Source of the DNA: an uncultured bacterium
Lineage (GTDB): Bacteria > Krumholzibacteriota > Krumholzibacteriia > LZORAL124-64-63
DNA: 64,000 nucleotides
Assembly: GCA_963727525.1 (NCBI GenBank)
Contig: CAVSGO010000008.1
Span: 96,001 to 160,000, forward strand
Direction: 5' to 3'
In this document: positions 18,851 through 28,315 of the stretch, piece after piece
How the letters are laid out: every line of letters begins with the position of its first letter
Position numbering within the stretch: the stretch's first letter is position 1
Program-made: the position numbers and the translations under genes
The notes under the pieces: generated by a model
The model's database searches: none
Told to the model about the DNA's origin: nothing
The model's input: the letters and a program-made list of their open reading frames with translations, nothing else

Positions 18851-20035
18851 CTAGCGAAACATGGACTTAAGATCCCCCAAGCTCATCGGCGTCACTGGCA
18901 CCGAGACGGGGGAGAAGGGCTCGAAGTCGATGATGGACTGGTGATTGATGTCGGGGGGGCTGTAATCATTGTAATCATCGATCCATGCCGCGATCTGAAC
19001 AGGGTCGTCCGTGCCCCAGTAGTTCCCACTCAAGTCGATGTGGCAGGGCTCATTCGGACAATTGAGAGAGATCGCCGCATTTACGACAGAGTATCCGCCG
19101 CCATTGAGGATGTCGTTGCCATGAAAGTCGACAACACCCCGAGTCGCATCGGCCCCAACATGAAACGTCACGCGACTACATCCCTCGAAGACATTGCCCG
19201 AACCGATCAGCGACCCCCATTGTTCGAAGTACAACCCATCCACTCCGGCCGCGATACGGCACCCATACATCTTCACGTCCGAACTCGAAATTGCAACCGC
19301 GCTCGTTCCCGCCCGCTCGCAAAACTGGCAGTCACGTATCTCCACCTGCGCGCCATCGTAGATACCGAGGTGGGTCCGCCCACCATGGATGACACAATCC
19401 TGGATCAATGTATGCGGGCAATAGCCAACATAGATTGCTTTGTCGTTGTCGTAGAACTCGCACGATCGCACGGTACCGCTATCTGACGTGCTAGAGAAGC
19501 CTATTGCGACGTCGAGATTATCGCGAAACACCGAATTCTCGATCGTATTTCCGCCGCGCGCCCAGGTGATGATACCGGTATTGCTGCTGCCGTCGATTTC
19601 ACAATGATCGACATCGACCGCTAGCCCAAAGAAGAATACGCCGCTTACGAGACCCAATATCTTGAGATCCCGGAGATGCAGCACACCGTCGTTGATCATC
19701 GAGACACCATTTATGTCAGTGTCTCCATAGTCCTCGGGCGGGATCCCGCCGATGATCGTCTCCCCAGCGCCAGCGCCAACGATCGTCAGTTCGTCCTGCG
19801 TCGCCTGAGCGCACGAGTACACGTTCCATTCTCCATTGAACCACGCCCACGCGTACTCCGAGAACGTCCCCGGGCCGATCCGAATCGTATCACCAGAGGC
19901 CGCGAGATCGATTGCCGTCTGGATGATCGTGGCATCGCCGCTGCCGTCCTTCTCTACCCGCCAGGTCCGCGCTGCGGTGACGTTTGCGGCCACGAAGACG
20001 ATGATGATCGGGATCAGATGTATGTGGCCGCGCAT
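18851..20035 (-). CDS. secreted right-handed parallel beta-helix protein (paralog 1), SLGDLKSMFR tail
   Basis: Same architecture as paralogs 2 and 3. Confidence 0.9.
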   Translation of the reverse strand: MRGHIHLIPIIIVFVAANVTAARTWRVEKDGSGDATIIQTAIDLAASGDTIRIGPGTFSEYAWAWFNGEWNVYSCAQATQDELTIVGAGAGETIIGGIPPEDYGDTDINGVSMINDGVLHLRDLKILGLVSGVFFFGLAVDVDHCEIDGSSNTGIITWARGGNTIENSVFRDNLDVAIGFSSTSDSGTVRSCEFYDNDKAIYVGYCPHTLIQDCVIHGGRTHLGIYDGAQVEIRDCQFCERAGTSAVAISSSDVKMYGCRIAAGVDGLYFEQWGSLIGSGNVFEGCSRVTFHVGADATRGVVDFHGNDILNGGGYSVVNAAISLNCPNEPCHIDLSGNYWGTDDPVQIAAWIDDYNDYSPPDINHQSIIDFEPFSPVSVPVTPMSLGDLKSMFR

Positions 20036-20051
20036 GGCGTCCCTCCTCGCT

Positions 20052-20081
20052 GCGGGGTGGAGCCGCGAGGCTCCACCCCGC
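20052..20081. repeat. intergenic hairpin repeat, copy 3
   Basis: GCGGGGTGGAGCC-GCGA-GGCTCCACCCCGC. Confidence 0.85.
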
Positions 20082-20097
20082 CTTGTGGGCTCCGGTT

Positions 20098-20961
20098 CTA
20101 CTTCACCAGCACGAGGCGTTGCGTTTGGCTGATGCCCGCGGCGACGAAGCGGGCGAAATACACCCCGCTCGCAAGCCGCCGGCCCTGTTCGTCGGCTCCC
20201 TGCCAGGCCACGCGATGAGTGCCTGCCGTTTGCATACCCTGGACCAGGTGATGCACCAGCCGGCCGCTCACGTCGTAGATGGCGAGATCGACATCCCCCG
20301 CGGCTGGGATACTGTATTCTAGCACGGTTTGGGGGTTGAACGGGTTAGGTGATGCTGGCCGCAGCTGCGCCGCCTCCCTGACGATCCCCACGGGAACCCG
20401 GGGCGCCGACAGCTCGGTCATCCCCGGCAACGCCGGAACGAACACCGGGTCGATCGCCAGGCCCGTTGCTCCTTCCACCTTCATCCAGGTCTCGGCGTCG
20501 GCGCACAGCCAGCCCTGATGGCCATCGCTGCTGGTCGTGAAGCCGATCGCCGCGCCGCCGCCGGTGCCCGGCGCCTCGTACTCGCTCCCCTGCGGGAATT
20601 CGAAGAGGCAGTAGAGGCCCGCCGAATGGCAGGCGAATGGCTGAGCGAAATCCACCTGGCTCCAGCCCAGGGACGTGCCCTGGACATCGGCCGCCACCTC
20701 GATGGCGTCGCTCAGGCCGACGGGCGTGTCGGCCGTGCCGCTGGCGACCAACACCCGCGGGAAGACCACCGTTCCGTCGTTGTTGTACCAGCGCACGCCC
20801 GCGACGGCCATGCCGTCAGGGACAGGCACCCAGATTGCGGCGTACGAGTTTTCCAGCACCGGGGTCATTCCCAGAAAGCCGCCGATTTCCGGCGTCGCGG
20901 CGGCCGCGCCGGCGAGCACCAGCGCTAGCAGTGCCAAGGCAAGCAGATTTGTGTACTTCAT
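20098..20961 (-). CDS. secreted protein with C-terminal FlgD-Ig/T9SS-CTD-like domain
   Basis: AAGGAGG RBS; MKYTNLLALALL signal peptide; PNPFNP...YDVSGRLV...WQG.D..G..LASGVYF. Confidence 0.88.
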   Translation of the reverse strand: MKYTNLLALALLALVLAGAAAATPEIGGFLGMTPVLENSYAAIWVPVPDGMAVAGVRWYNNDGTVVFPRVLVASGTADTPVGLSDAIEVAADVQGTSLGWSQVDFAQPFACHSAGLYCLFEFPQGSEYEAPGTGGGAAIGFTTSSDGHQGWLCADAETWMKVEGATGLAIDPVFVPALPGMTELSAPRVPVGIVREAAQLRPASPNPFNPQTVLEYSIPAAGDVDLAIYDVSGRLVHHLVQGMQTAGTHRVAWQGADEQGRRLASGVYFARFVAAGISQTQRLVLVK

Positions 20962-20972
20962 GGTTTCCCTCC

Positions 20973-23900
20973 TTAGAGCTGGTTCGCGCAGAACCTGACC
21001 CGGAAAGTCTTCTGCGTGCTGGTGCTGGTGATGCCGGCCCGATGCGAGCTGGACACGGAGTACGGGATCGTGCACGGCGCCGAACACTCGACCGGGACCT
21101 TCAGCGTGTGGCGGTAGCGGCCCGAGGTCAGCCGGCCGTGCGAGCGTATGACGCCGGGAGACGTTGCGGTGTAGACAACCGCGTTGGGAACGCAGGGCGA
21201 GGCTGGCAGAGTCACCTGATCTAGCTCCCAGTCGCTGCGGTAGGTCGTCTCCCAGTTGAAGACCCAGTAGGACGTATCTGTCGTCGCGTCGTAGTCCATA
21301 CTGGTGAACACGGAGTTGTCGATCAGCGAAGGATCCGTGTCGTCGACGATCTCGTAAGTATTGCCTCCCGTCGACACGGGGACCTGAACGTGCTGAACCC
21401 AGCCGTTGGGCCAGGTGACGTCGACGGCGACGTCCTGCGATCCCGTTGCCGGTACCATCACGTCCAGACCGGACGACGCGAAGCCGGCCGGAGAATCGAT
21501 CCAGTCGGTGATGGTCTTCGCTCCGTACTGCACCGCGACCTTGGCGCCGATGCCGGCCCGGTTGTTGACGCCCGCTGGCGACGAAAGCCGGAACCGCACC
21601 ACGCCGGCCACGTCCTTGGTGTCCGCCAGCAGCCCTTCCGCGCGGTAGTAGAAGTTCGTGTTCGTGGTGCCCGCGTTGGGAACGGCGAACAGCAGGTCGG
21701 GGAATCCGTCGCGGTCCCAGTCGTCGATCGCGGCGCTGCCCGGGTGGTCGACCGCGACGTCGAAGGCTCCGTCGTGGTCTTCCAGCAGCAGGTAGCCGTT
21801 GAACGCACCGCGGTTGAGCACCACTTGTGCGCCCTGGGAAGACGACGAGTTCCAGAGGACGAGGTCGCTCGACCCATCGGTGTTCACGTCGACCACGCGG
21901 ACGCCGTTGCGCCCGGTCGCGCCCGGCGCTCCGACGTGCACCGGCGCGCGCCAGTTGAAGGAGCCGCTGTCGTCGTTGAGGTACACCGACGCCGCCGGGA
22001 CGCCGGTACCCGCGCTGCTCACCACGAGATCGGCGTAGCCGTCGCCATTGCAGTCGGCGAACTCGGCGCTGGTCTGGAATCCCATCTGCGGCAGACGGGA
22101 GTCGGCCTCGTCGACGAGTTCCCAGTAGCCGGTGCCGGGGTTGACCTGTTGCACGAAGAGCTGCGGCCCGGCGCCGGTCGCAGGAGTCGCGCCGTCGCGC
22201 TCGACGAACAGGTCGAGCCGGCCGTCGAGATTCACGTCGTTCCAGCGACCGCCCGTGGTGACGGCGTGGACACTGCTGCCCATGGCGTAGAGGTTGGTCA
22301 CGTCGGTAAAGGCGCCGTTCACCTGCTCCGTATCGTTGTGGAGCAAGACGCCGTCGGCTGCCGGCATCGTGGCGCTGGGCTCGATCCCCTCGCCACCGCT
22401 GCGGCAGATGTACATGCCGACCCGGCCCGCCCCGTCGAAGTCGGCCCATAGCCCGGCTTGACTCGCGACCGCGGCCGATACCTGGTGGCCCTGGCCGTCA
22501 TCGACGGTCGGCAAGAGGGCGGTCTCATCCAGGAAAACCGTTCCCTGGTGGTTGCGGAACAGGTAGCCCTGTGATTGGAAACCAGCCGCGATGAAAACGT
22601 CGAGGTCGCCGTCGTTGTCGTAGTCCGCGGCCGAAGCGTGGCCTTGATATTGCCCCGGCTTCGACCCCGGGAACACCGAAAAGTCGGTGCGATAGAACTC
22701 CGGCACGTGGTTCGGCGTGAGGCGTTGGTACCTGAACAACCGTGCATCCACCGTCTTCGTGCAGAGCAGCAAGTCCTTGTGGCCGTCGCCATCGTAGTCA
22801 ACGGCGAGCGACGAATAGACCTCGCCGTCGTAGTTGATGGTGGTGTCGGTGGACTTATCGCTGTCGTATTGGACGAGGTAGGTGTAGTCGCCGCACTGGC
22901 GCTCCACGATGTCCATATTCGCGCTCACGAGGTAGGCGACTTCGACGCCGGGCTCCACGTACTTTGCGGCGTCGAGCTGGATTGTCTTGAGCCGGACCGG
23001 GGCGGAGGGGTCCCGGAGATCGAGGATCGAGAGCCAGCGGGTCGTCACGCCGCCGAAGATGGTGTATGAGGTGACGTAGCCGTAGGCGCCGGTGATCTCC
23101 AGGTCGACCGGTGTGCCGTAGGCCGCGGTGCTGAGGTACCCCACCGGCTGCAGGGTGCCGTTGGTGAGCGCCAGCACGTTGACGAGCGTACCCGTGAAGC
23201 CGAAGCAGATGTACTCCCGGCCGAGGACATCCACGGGGACTTCTTGGTGTTCGGGATTATAGCCGTCTTCGTAGCGGTCGACGAAAGTGAGACTTTCGCC
23301 ATCGACCCGGTAGGCGAATAACTGAGCATGGTCCGGATTCGCGTTTACCTCGATTCCGCCGACGAGTACCAGGGTCTCGCCGGCCGTCGAGTCGTAGACG
23401 TGCAGCGCGTTGGCCAACATTACGTGCCCCAAGGGTACCGCCAGATCCGCGCTGGCGAGCCGCACCATGTCGATGTATCGAAACATGGTGATCCGCGTCG
23501 TATTGGTGTTGGTGATCACGTACACGTAGTTTCCGTGCTTCTGGATCTTGACCACGTTGGTTTGCGGGGGGATGTCGGGGACGGTCGTTGCTCTGATAAA
23601 GGCGAAGCTGCCTGTATCGTACTCCAGCACGGTGGCCGCGCCACCGATGAGGAGCTTGCCCGAGCCCCCGGCGGCGAGATCATAGAAGATATTCGTGCCG
23701 TAGGAAATCGTGTGGCTTCCGAGGTACTGGGCGTTCGCCTCGTCGCTGATGTCGTAGACCATCACCGTGTTGTTGCCACGCAGCACGTAGAGCCGGTTGC
23801 CGATCACCTCGCTGTCGCGGGATTCACCCGGTTGTTGGCTCTCCATGTCGAGGTTGCCGACCACGAAGTGGTCGTCGCCAAACACGGTCGGATCGATCTG

Positions 23901-24962
23901 GACTAGCATGGTACCCAATGGGTTTGGGCTGATGGAGGACACGAGCCCGAGAGGCCGACCATTGATCGTGCCCATGGCGCTGATCGGGGGGTCGAACGCC
24001 TCGGCCCCTTCATACATCGGAGACTGCGGCTGGGTAACCAGGTATCGTGCCGCCAGCGACCGATAGCGCCGGTAGGCGTACAGCGTTCCCGAAGCCACGA
24101 CCATTTCGGTGGCGGACATCGACGGCGCCTGCCCGAGCACCACCGGCTGAGTGGGGATGCTCGCGTCGATGACGGCGAACCCGTTCGCTTCTTGGCCCGT
24201 CATGGTGTAGACCATCGATCCGGCCGTCGTGACGCCGGTGAATGGTCCACCGCCGACAGACGACGCGGCGACGACGCTCAGAGGATTGGATAGCTGGATG
24301 GGATTGACGATCCTGAGCTCCGTGCTCGTGATGAAGCAGCCGACCGTCGCCGTCAACCAGTGCAACGGTCCCTTTATCCCTCCGACGTCAACGTAGTTCT
24401 CGACCAAGCTCCCTTGGCGCGAGAAAACACGATAACTCAGATCGTTTCCGTAGGCCGCATATGGACTGGCTCCTGCGCAGACATAGTTGGCAGTCACCGT
24501 CACGCTGGCCAGCGAGTTGCCGTCGATCCAGAGGCAGCTTGATGGCAACGCGATCGTGCGCGAGGAGGAAACGGTGAAGGTGGGCGGCGAGGAGACGTCC
24601 ACCTGGTAAAGCGTGTAATTCGTGTTGATGGGGTCACCATCATGCGCCAGGACGAATGCGGTATTCCCGTCGACCGCCAGGGCGATGAGTTCGGTGGTGG
24701 AGGTGCCGATATTGGCTGCGCCACCACTGGTGAAAATGTAGGGAGAAGGTGCCGTATAGTAGGCTAGGGTGTTGCCGTAGGTCGCGAAGATCCGCCCATT
24801 GTCGACGCAGACCGCATGGCCGAACTGGGTGGAGAGTTCCGCCGTTGCCGTGTACTGGATCGTTTCGCCGTAGTCGTAGCAGTCGAGCGCGTCGGCTGTT
24901 GCCGTGACAAGGAGTAAGGCGGAGACAAGAAGCACGGAAATAGTAGATTTTGCTCGCATCAT
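20973..24962 (-). CDS. large secreted protein: LVIVD-like propeller, FG-GAP/VCBS repeats and ASPIC/UnbV-like (CRTAC1-like) domain
   Basis: Signal peptide; VIDASIPTQP, ILDLRDPSAP; DYDGDGHKDL, DYDNDGDLDV, DVNLDGRLDL, DWDRDGFPDL; NRAGIGAKV...VTWPNG. Confidence 0.88.
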   Translation of the reverse strand: MMRAKSTISVLLVSALLLVTATADALDCYDYGETIQYTATAELSTQFGHAVCVDNGRIFATYGNTLAYYTAPSPYIFTSGGAANIGTSTTELIALAVDGNTAFVLAHDGDPINTNYTLYQVDVSSPPTFTVSSSRTIALPSSCLWIDGNSLASVTVTANYVCAGASPYAAYGNDLSYRVFSRQGSLVENYVDVGGIKGPLHWLTATVGCFITSTELRIVNPIQLSNPLSVVAASSVGGGPFTGVTTAGSMVYTMTGQEANGFAVIDASIPTQPVVLGQAPSMSATEMVVASGTLYAYRRYRSLAARYLVTQPQSPMYEGAEAFDPPISAMGTINGRPLGLVSSISPNPLGTMLVQIDPTVFGDDHFVVGNLDMESQQPGESRDSEVIGNRLYVLRGNNTVMVYDISDEANAQYLGSHTISYGTNIFYDLAAGGSGKLLIGGAATVLEYDTGSFAFIRATTVPDIPPQTNVVKIQKHGNYVYVITNTNTTRITMFRYIDMVRLASADLAVPLGHVMLANALHVYDSTAGETLVLVGGIEVNANPDHAQLFAYRVDGESLTFVDRYEDGYNPEHQEVPVDVLGREYICFGFTGTLVNVLALTNGTLQPVGYLSTAAYGTPVDLEITGAYGYVTSYTIFGGVTTRWLSILDLRDPSAPVRLKTIQLDAAKYVEPGVEVAYLVSANMDIVERQCGDYTYLVQYDSDKSTDTTINYDGEVYSSLAVDYDGDGHKDLLLCTKTVDARLFRYQRLTPNHVPEFYRTDFSVFPGSKPGQYQGHASAADYDNDGDLDVFIAAGFQSQGYLFRNHQGTVFLDETALLPTVDDGQGHQVSAAVASQAGLWADFDGAGRVGMYICRSGGEGIEPSATMPAADGVLLHNDTEQVNGAFTDVTNLYAMGSSVHAVTTGGRWNDVNLDGRLDLFVERDGATPATGAGPQLFVQQVNPGTGYWELVDEADSRLPQMGFQTSAEFADCNGDGYADLVVSSAGTGVPAASVYLNDDSGSFNWRAPVHVGAPGATGRNGVRVVDVNTDGSSDLVLWNSSSSQGAQVVLNRGAFNGYLLLEDHDGAFDVAVDHPGSAAIDDWDRDGFPDLLFAVPNAGTTNTNFYYRAEGLLADTKDVAGVVRFRLSSPAGVNNRAGIGAKVAVQYGAKTITDWIDSPAGFASSGLDVMVPATGSQDVAVDVTWPNGWVQHVQVPVSTGGNTYEIVDDTDPSLIDNSVFTSMDYDATTDTSYWVFNWETTYRSDWELDQVTLPASPCVPNAVVYTATSPGVIRSHGRLTSGRYRHTLKVPVECSAPCTIPYSVSSSHRAGITSTSTQKTFRVRFCANQL

Positions 24963-25134
24963 TCCCTCCTAGAAGTCGAGCGATGGAGATCCGATGCAAT
25001 GACTGGCCCATGGGCGTGCTCGACCCGCAGGCGTAGACAACCTCCTTGAATTGGACTTTCCGAGTATCCCAAGGCCCCCAGTGCATTCCCTTGGGTGTGA
25101 CGTCAGGACCGATGGCACCGAAACTGGTTTGGTA

Positions 25135-26552
25135 CACTGCTGTCCTAAATGGGACAGACTTCGCATTCTGACCCCCAATTCGTAACGAGTTACCCCTCCA
25201 AATTGTCGAATCTCAGGTCGAGGTCCCCCTCCTCTCGGTTCGTACTTCGCCTTCGCCTGTCCTAATCATCGCAACGTGAGTTTCATCTGTATCGTCGGCG
25301 GTTCCAGTGGTGGTGTGTTGAATGGATCATCGAGCCAGTCGGTCAAGTCCCGATAGGTGAACAGGTTGAAGCGCAGCATGGTCGCCAGGTTCGAGAGCGA
25401 CCACCAGGCCTTGGACAGGTGGTGCAGCCATTTCAGCAGCAGCATCGCGATCAAGGCTGTCCAAATCTGGATCCGCAGCGCGTTCTCGCTGGTGCCGACG
25501 AAGCTCTTGACCTTCAGATTCTGCTTGAGGGCCTTGAAGAAGAGTTCGATTTGCCAGCGCTCCTTGTAGATGCCGGCGATCGTGGTGGCGCCGAAGTCGA
25601 GGTGGTTGGTCAGCAAGACGATTTCGCGTTCGTTCTCGCTGTCCCAGACCACGACGCGCCGCAGGTGGCAGGGGCACTTCTTCTCAGCCGCCGGTGCCGG
25701 TGAGCGAGATGATCTCGTCGGCGAGGATGTTGCGGTTCACTGGCACGGGAAGGGCGTGGACAACCCGGTAGACGCGCGTTCTCCTTCATCCGAGTGACGA
25801 AGTAGACGCCCGCTTGCGTCCATCGCTCGAATTGCGGATAGTCGTTGTAGCCACGATCCATGGCGACGATCGAACCAGCGCTGCAATTTCAACGCATCGC
25901 ATTGCCTTCGAGTCGTGCATCTTGGCCTCGCTGAGCAGAACATACGCCGGCAAGTAGTCGTCGTGATCGAGCAGGACGTGCGCCTTGACGCCGCCCTTGG
26001 CGCGGCGAAACTCAGCCCACGGAAACAAGCCCAGGCACAGGCTGATGGTGGTCGAGTCAAGCGACAGCAGCTTGTTCTTGAAACGGAACTTGTGCTGCCG
26101 TGCCCCAAGAGGTCTTCCTGCGCGGAAACGCCCGAGCATCGCCCAGAACAGCTCTTCGATAAATCGCGGCCGGCCGGCGGGCATTGGCGTAGGAGAGATT
26201 GGACTTGCTCGGCTTGCGCTGAATGCCCAGATGTACCAGCTTGCCGAGGCAGCACGCAAGGCCATTGCAGATTTCGCGCAGGGAATCGGCATGCGCGAGT
26301 TGGCAGAACAGCATGGCCGTCAGTTGGGTCCAGCAGGTGAAGCCCTTGGCGTGCGCGTTCGCCATTGTGCTGCTTGACGAGGCGGGCAAACTCGTTGCGG
26401 GGGAACCTGCTGCAGCAGTTGACTGAAGAGACTCGCGGCCTTTACCATCAGAGTGCCCTCCGGGGTCGTGTGGTAGGTTTGTTGTTGCCAAACCAATCCT
26501 CCCACGACCACGGGGGGCCTTGTGAATCTTACACTTGTTTAGGACAAGAGTG
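25135..26552 (-). mobile_element. IS4-family insertion sequence, 1418 bp, with terminal IRs and 9-bp target-site duplication
   Basis: IRs CACTGCTGTCCTAAA (25135-25149) and TTTAGGACAAGAGTG (26538-26552; 13/15 match); direct repeat GGTTTGGTA at 25126-25134 and 26553-26561. Confidence 0.93.
25266..26448 (-). pseudogene. IS4-family transposase (DUF4372 + DDE), multiple frameshifts
   Basis: Fragments LFSQLL, AMLFCQL..DSLREI, LDSTTI, GGVKAH, DRGY, FVTRMK, YKERWQIELFFK (YREK) lie in different frames. Confidence 0.92.
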
Positions 26553-26720
26553 GGTTTGGTATGACGTCCCCCACGCACAATAACTTCACGCGACGGGGGC
26601 GGTGTCAATGAAGAAATGCATGCGTTTTCAATAATGGTGATTGTCTGGGTTATTCGCGGGTCGACTCGAGCTTGTTTGCTTTGCCGCGACGGTGGAGGGC
26701 AATACCGGTCGAGGAGGCGA

Positions 26721-27254
26721 TCACCGCAGGTCGCCGAGATGCCGCGCCACCGCATCCGTCACCCGGCGGAAATTCCTGGGGATCAATCCGCTCACGAAGG
26801 TCGTGATGCCGCGGCTGGCGCCTTCCTTGAGGCCGCGGGGGAGGTCGATGATGCCGTTGAGGTTCCAGGTGAAGTCGCCGGACATGGTGAGGCGGGTGCC
26901 GCGGCCGCCCATGGCGGGTTCGTAGCGGGTGTGGCCGGCGCAGCGGATGTGGCTGGCGTGGTGGTGGGTGGTGATGGACCAGGCGCACTCGTGGCGGGCC
27001 TCGTCCCACACGGCGTCGTCGGTCCAGCGGAACATGTCGGGGTCGACGTAGGGGGCGGCGAGGGCCGGCAGCGAGACCTCGGCCTGCCAGACGGTGACCA
27101 GGTGCAGGCGCTGGTCGTCCTGCGGGGTGCGGGAGACCACCTTCAGTTCGCGGACGCCGTCGGCGACCGTGACGATGCCGGGCAGGTCGTCGCGCATGGT
27201 GCGCCAGATCACGTCCACGGGGTGCTTCATCACCACCACGATGCCGATCTCGAT
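26721..27254 (-). CDS. SRPBCC/START-like ligand-binding protein
   Basis: HPVDVIW..MRD, VTVW, WTDDAVWD, C-terminal helix; GAGGAGG RBS precedes an ATC at 27254 (possible miscalled ATG; next ATG at 27230). Confidence 0.7.
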   Translation of the reverse strand: MEIGIVVVMKHPVDVIWRTMRDDLPGIVTVADGVRELKVVSRTPQDDQRLHLVTVWQAEVSLPALAAPYVDPDMFRWTDDAVWDEARHECAWSITTHHHASHIRCAGHTRYEPAMGGRGTRLTMSGDFTWNLNGIIDLPRGLKEGASRGITTFVSGLIPRNFRRVTDAVARHLGDLR

Positions 27255-27270
27255 GATGGTCCTCCTCGGT

Positions 27271-28315
27271 CTAGACGGTGGCGCGCGCCTGCAGCACTTC
27301 CGGGCCGAGGCGCAGCGCCTGGTACACGGACGCCGGCACGTGGTCGCTGTGCACGAGCCAGGCGAGGGCGCCGGCAAGGGCGGCGCGCAGCGGGCGCGGG
27401 GCGTAGCCGAGCGCGGCGGCGCGGGCGTGGTCGTACCAGTAATATCGGCCCACCATGAGCGCCTGCTGGCGCGTGGTGGGCGGGCGCTTGCCGGTGAACA
27501 GGCCCAGCAGCTCGTGGAGCGAGCCGGCCAGGTAGCTGGCCGTATGATTCGCCGTGACGAGGGGGCCGGGGATGCCGCACAGCTCGGAGATGGTGCGGTG
27601 CACGTCGGCCCAGGTGGCGTTGGTGCCGCCGAGCAGGTAGCACGCGCCGGGTGTCGCCGCGCTCGGCGGCGAGCACGTGCCCGCGGGCCACGTCCTGGGC
27701 GTGGACGATGTTGGCGCCGCCGAGCCAGGTGGTGCGGTACGGGTCCTTGAGATAGTTGACGAGGATGGCGTTGCTCTCGGTGAGGCGCGCATCCCAGGGG
27801 CCCACGCAGACGGTGGGGCGCACGGCCACCAGGGGCAGGGCGGCGTCGTGCGCGGCCGCGAAGGCCTCGGCCTCCTGCCGACGCTTGGAGGCGATGTAGT
27901 CGATGGCGTCGTCGTCGTGCGCGATCTGCGACTCGTCGCGCGCGCGGGGCTCGGCGGTGGCGCCCTGCACCACGGACGACGACGTGAGCACCACGCGCTT
28001 CACCTTCGTCTTCGCCGCGGCCGCGATGACGTGGCGCGTGCCGGCGCCGGCGATGTCGTCCAGCTCGGTGCGGGCGTGGCCCCAGTAGGCGAAGATGGCG
28101 GCGGCGTGGAAGACGACCTGGCAGCCCTTCATCGCGGCGGCGAGCGAGGGCGCGTCGCGGACGTCGCCCTCGGCGAAGTCGATCGCAAGGTCGGCGAGGT
28201 GGCGGCGGTCGCTCGTGGGGCGCACGAAGGCGCGCACGGTGTGGCCCTGCGCGAGCAGCTCGCGCACGATGTGGCCGCCCACCAGGCCGCTGGCGCCGGT
28301 CACGAGGGCTCTCAT
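27271..28315 (-). pseudogene. NAD-dependent epimerase/dehydratase (dihydroflavonol reductase/HpnA-like); apparent frameshift near 27650
   Basis: LVTGASGLVG, GDV, FHAAA, TSS, YIASK, VHAQDVARGH; C-terminal half continues in the 27271..27792 frame. Confidence 0.88.

Noticed and set aside
16739-20081. Three hairpin repeats as CRISPR repeats or attC sites
   Set aside because: Kilobases apart, part of duplicated gene leaders, and no RYYYAAC/GTTRRRY cores
20098-22449. 783-aa ORF
   Set aside because: True start is 20961 (RBS plus signal peptide); the upstream part is an alternate frame of the 1329-aa gene
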